Origin: Ectothiorhodospiraceae bacterium BW-2
GTDB taxonomy: Bacteria; Pseudomonadota; Gammaproteobacteria; Thiohalomonadales; Thiohalomonadaceae
Reading direction: 5' to 3'
Length of the DNA: 64,000 nt
Assembly: GCA_008375315.1 (NCBI GenBank)
Contig: CP032507.1
Coordinates: 2,874,071-2,938,070, forward strand
The translations under genes and the position numbers were made by a program. The stretch's first letter is position 1; each line of letters starts with the position of its first letter. Positions 62,626 to 64,000 of the stretch are shown here, one piece after another. Below the pieces are notes generated by a model. The model was not told where the DNA came from. It searched no databases and saw only the letters and a program-made list of their open reading frames with translations.

Positions 62626-64000
62626 GTGAGTGATACATTAAATCCGCGCCAAAAGGAGGCCGTGCGCTATATCGATGGCCCACTACTGGTGTTGGCTGGT
62701 GCCGGTAGCGGTAAGACCCGCGTCATTACCCGCAAAATCGCTTGGCTAATCAATCAGTGTGACTATGCGCCGCACCATATCGCCGCCGTGACCTTTACCA
62801 ATAAAGCGGCTAGAGAGATGAAGCAGCGGGTCGGGGAGCTGATGGCGGGCAAAAATAGTCGCGGTCTCAGAGTCTCTACCTTTCATACCTTAGGGCTCGA
62901 TATGATTCGCCAGCAGCTAGGCGAACTCGGCTATAAAGCCGGTTTTTCGATCTTCGATACCGGTGATAGCGTGGCGTTAATTAAAGAGCTATTAAGACGC
63001 CACCAAGCGAATGAAGAGTTGGCGCAGGAGCTACAGCAGCAGTTTTCGAGCTGGAAAGGGGAGGCTCTAACGCAGGAGGCGCTCTACCGCCACCCCCCTG
63101 ACGGAGTCGATAGCGCAATTATCGAGCTATTTGGTGACTATAATCGCCACCTAAAGGCGTTTAACGCGGTCGATTTTGATGATCTTATCGCCCTGCCGCT
63201 ACAGCTACTGCAACAACATAGCGAGGTGCGGGAGAGGTGGCAGAACAGAATTCGCTACCTGCTAGTCGATGAGTATCAGGATACTAACTCGACCCAATAC
63301 CAGTTAGTCCGCCTCCTAGTCGGGCCGAGGCAGAATTTGACCGTCGTTGGCGATGATGATCAGTCGATTTACGCTTGGCGCGGGGCGCAGCCGGAGAATC
63401 TATCGCTGCTAAAAGAGGACTTTCCCCGTCTAAGGGTGATCAAACTGGAGCAGAACTACCGTTCTATGGGGCGTATTTTAAAGGTCGCCAATGCCTTAAT
63501 CGCCCATAATGTGCACCTATTTGAGAAAAAATTGTGGTCTGATAAGGGGCATGGCGAGCCGATTCAGGTGGTCGCGGCGGTCGATGGAGAGGATGAGGCG
63601 CTCCAGGTCGTGACCGATATTATGCACCAAACCGTGCGTTCTGCCTCTGGCTATCGCGATTTTGCGATTCTCTACCGTAGTAACCACCAATCGCGACTAT
63701 TTGAGAAGGCGCTGCGAGAGCATCGTATCCCCTACCATCTAAGTGGCGGCACCTCTTTTTTCTCACTCATGGAGATAAAAGATGTGATGGCCTACCTACG
63801 GCTGCTGATCAACCCCGATGATGACACCGCCTTTTTGCGGGTGGTCAATACTCCCCGACGGGAGATCGGTGCGTCAACCCTGGAGAAGCTGGGTCACTAT
63901 GCCGGTGAACGGGGGGTGACCCTCTTTACCGCCTGTTTTGAGCTGGGGTTAAAGCAGCAGTTAAGCGAACGGGCCTGGGGTCGGCTCGACACCTTTGCTA
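62626..64000 (+). CDS. rep: ATP-dependent DNA helicase Rep (UvrD/Rep family, SF1A), 5' portion running off the window
   Basis: GTG start with an AGGGGG RBS. Motif I AGAGSGKTRVIT, then AAVTFTNKAAREMK, RWQNRIRYLLVDEYQDTNSTQY, VVGDDDQSIYAWRGA, KLEQNYRS. Closer to E. coli Rep than to UvrD. Confidence 0.9.
   Translation, partial: MSDTLNPRQKEAVRYIDGPLLVLAGAGSGKTRVITRKIAWLINQCDYAPHHIAAVTFTNKAAREMKQRVGELMAGKNSRGLRVSTFHTLGLDMIRQQLGELGYKAGFSIFDTGDSVALIKELLRRHQANEELAQELQQQFSSWKGEALTQEALYRHPPDGVDSAIIELFGDYNRHLKAFNAVDFDDLIALPLQLLQQHSEVRERWQNRIRYLLVDEYQDTNSTQYQLVRLLVGPRQNLTVVGDDDQSIYAWRGAQPENLSLLKEDFPRLRVIKLEQNYRSMGRILKVANALIAHNVHLFEKKLWSDKGHGEPIQVVAAVDGEDEALQVVTDIMHQTVRSASGYRDFAILYRSNHQSRLFEKALREHRIPYHLSGGTSFFSLMEIKDVMAYLRLLINPDDDTAFLRVVNTPRREIGASTLEKLGHYAGERGVTLFTACFELGLKQQLSERAWGRLDTFA

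Overview
The window is a densely coding chromosomal segment that looks gammaproteobacterial, with about 50 CDS, one tRNA and no rRNA, CRISPR array, transposase or integrase. It carries aprBA (dissimilatory adenylylsulfate reductase) and a tkt-gap-pgk-pyk-fba block, which suggests a sulfur-oxidising, probably autotrophic host. That host assignment is inference from gene content.

Most genes are housekeeping and sit in synteny blocks familiar from E. coli and Pseudomonas:
- erpA, queG
- dprA-smg-topA
- folE2
- xseB-ispA-dxs
- cmoB-cmoA
- epmB / efp-epmA
- metA
- lpoA-yraN-diaA divergent from rsmI
- rep (partial, runs off the 3' end)

Regulatory and signalling content includes a periplasmic-binding-protein + hybrid histidine kinase (TorT/TorS-like) + Sco module, a NarL/NarX-like pair, a FimX-like REC-PAS-GGDEF-EAL protein and a membrane GGDEF cyclase with a periplasmic CxxCH motif.

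Two loci are not explained by textbook functions:
1. A co-directional, tightly spaced six-gene array at 27476-38209. It runs YkgJ-like Fe-S protein, TrmO, YqiJ/NfeD-like protein, CxxCH-GGDEF cyclase, flotillin (YqiK/FloT-like), and a 1730-aa protein whose only recognisable module is a C-terminal MoxR-like AAA+ ATPase. This array converges on lon with 6 nt between the stop codons.
2. A three-gene cluster at 9037-12134 (coiled-coil protein, MoxR AAA+ ATPase, vWA protein with a degenerate peptidase-like N-domain) that abuts tRNA-Cys.

All coordinates include stop codons. Several start sites were re-assigned from the longest-ORF track, which also counts GTG/TTG as start codons.
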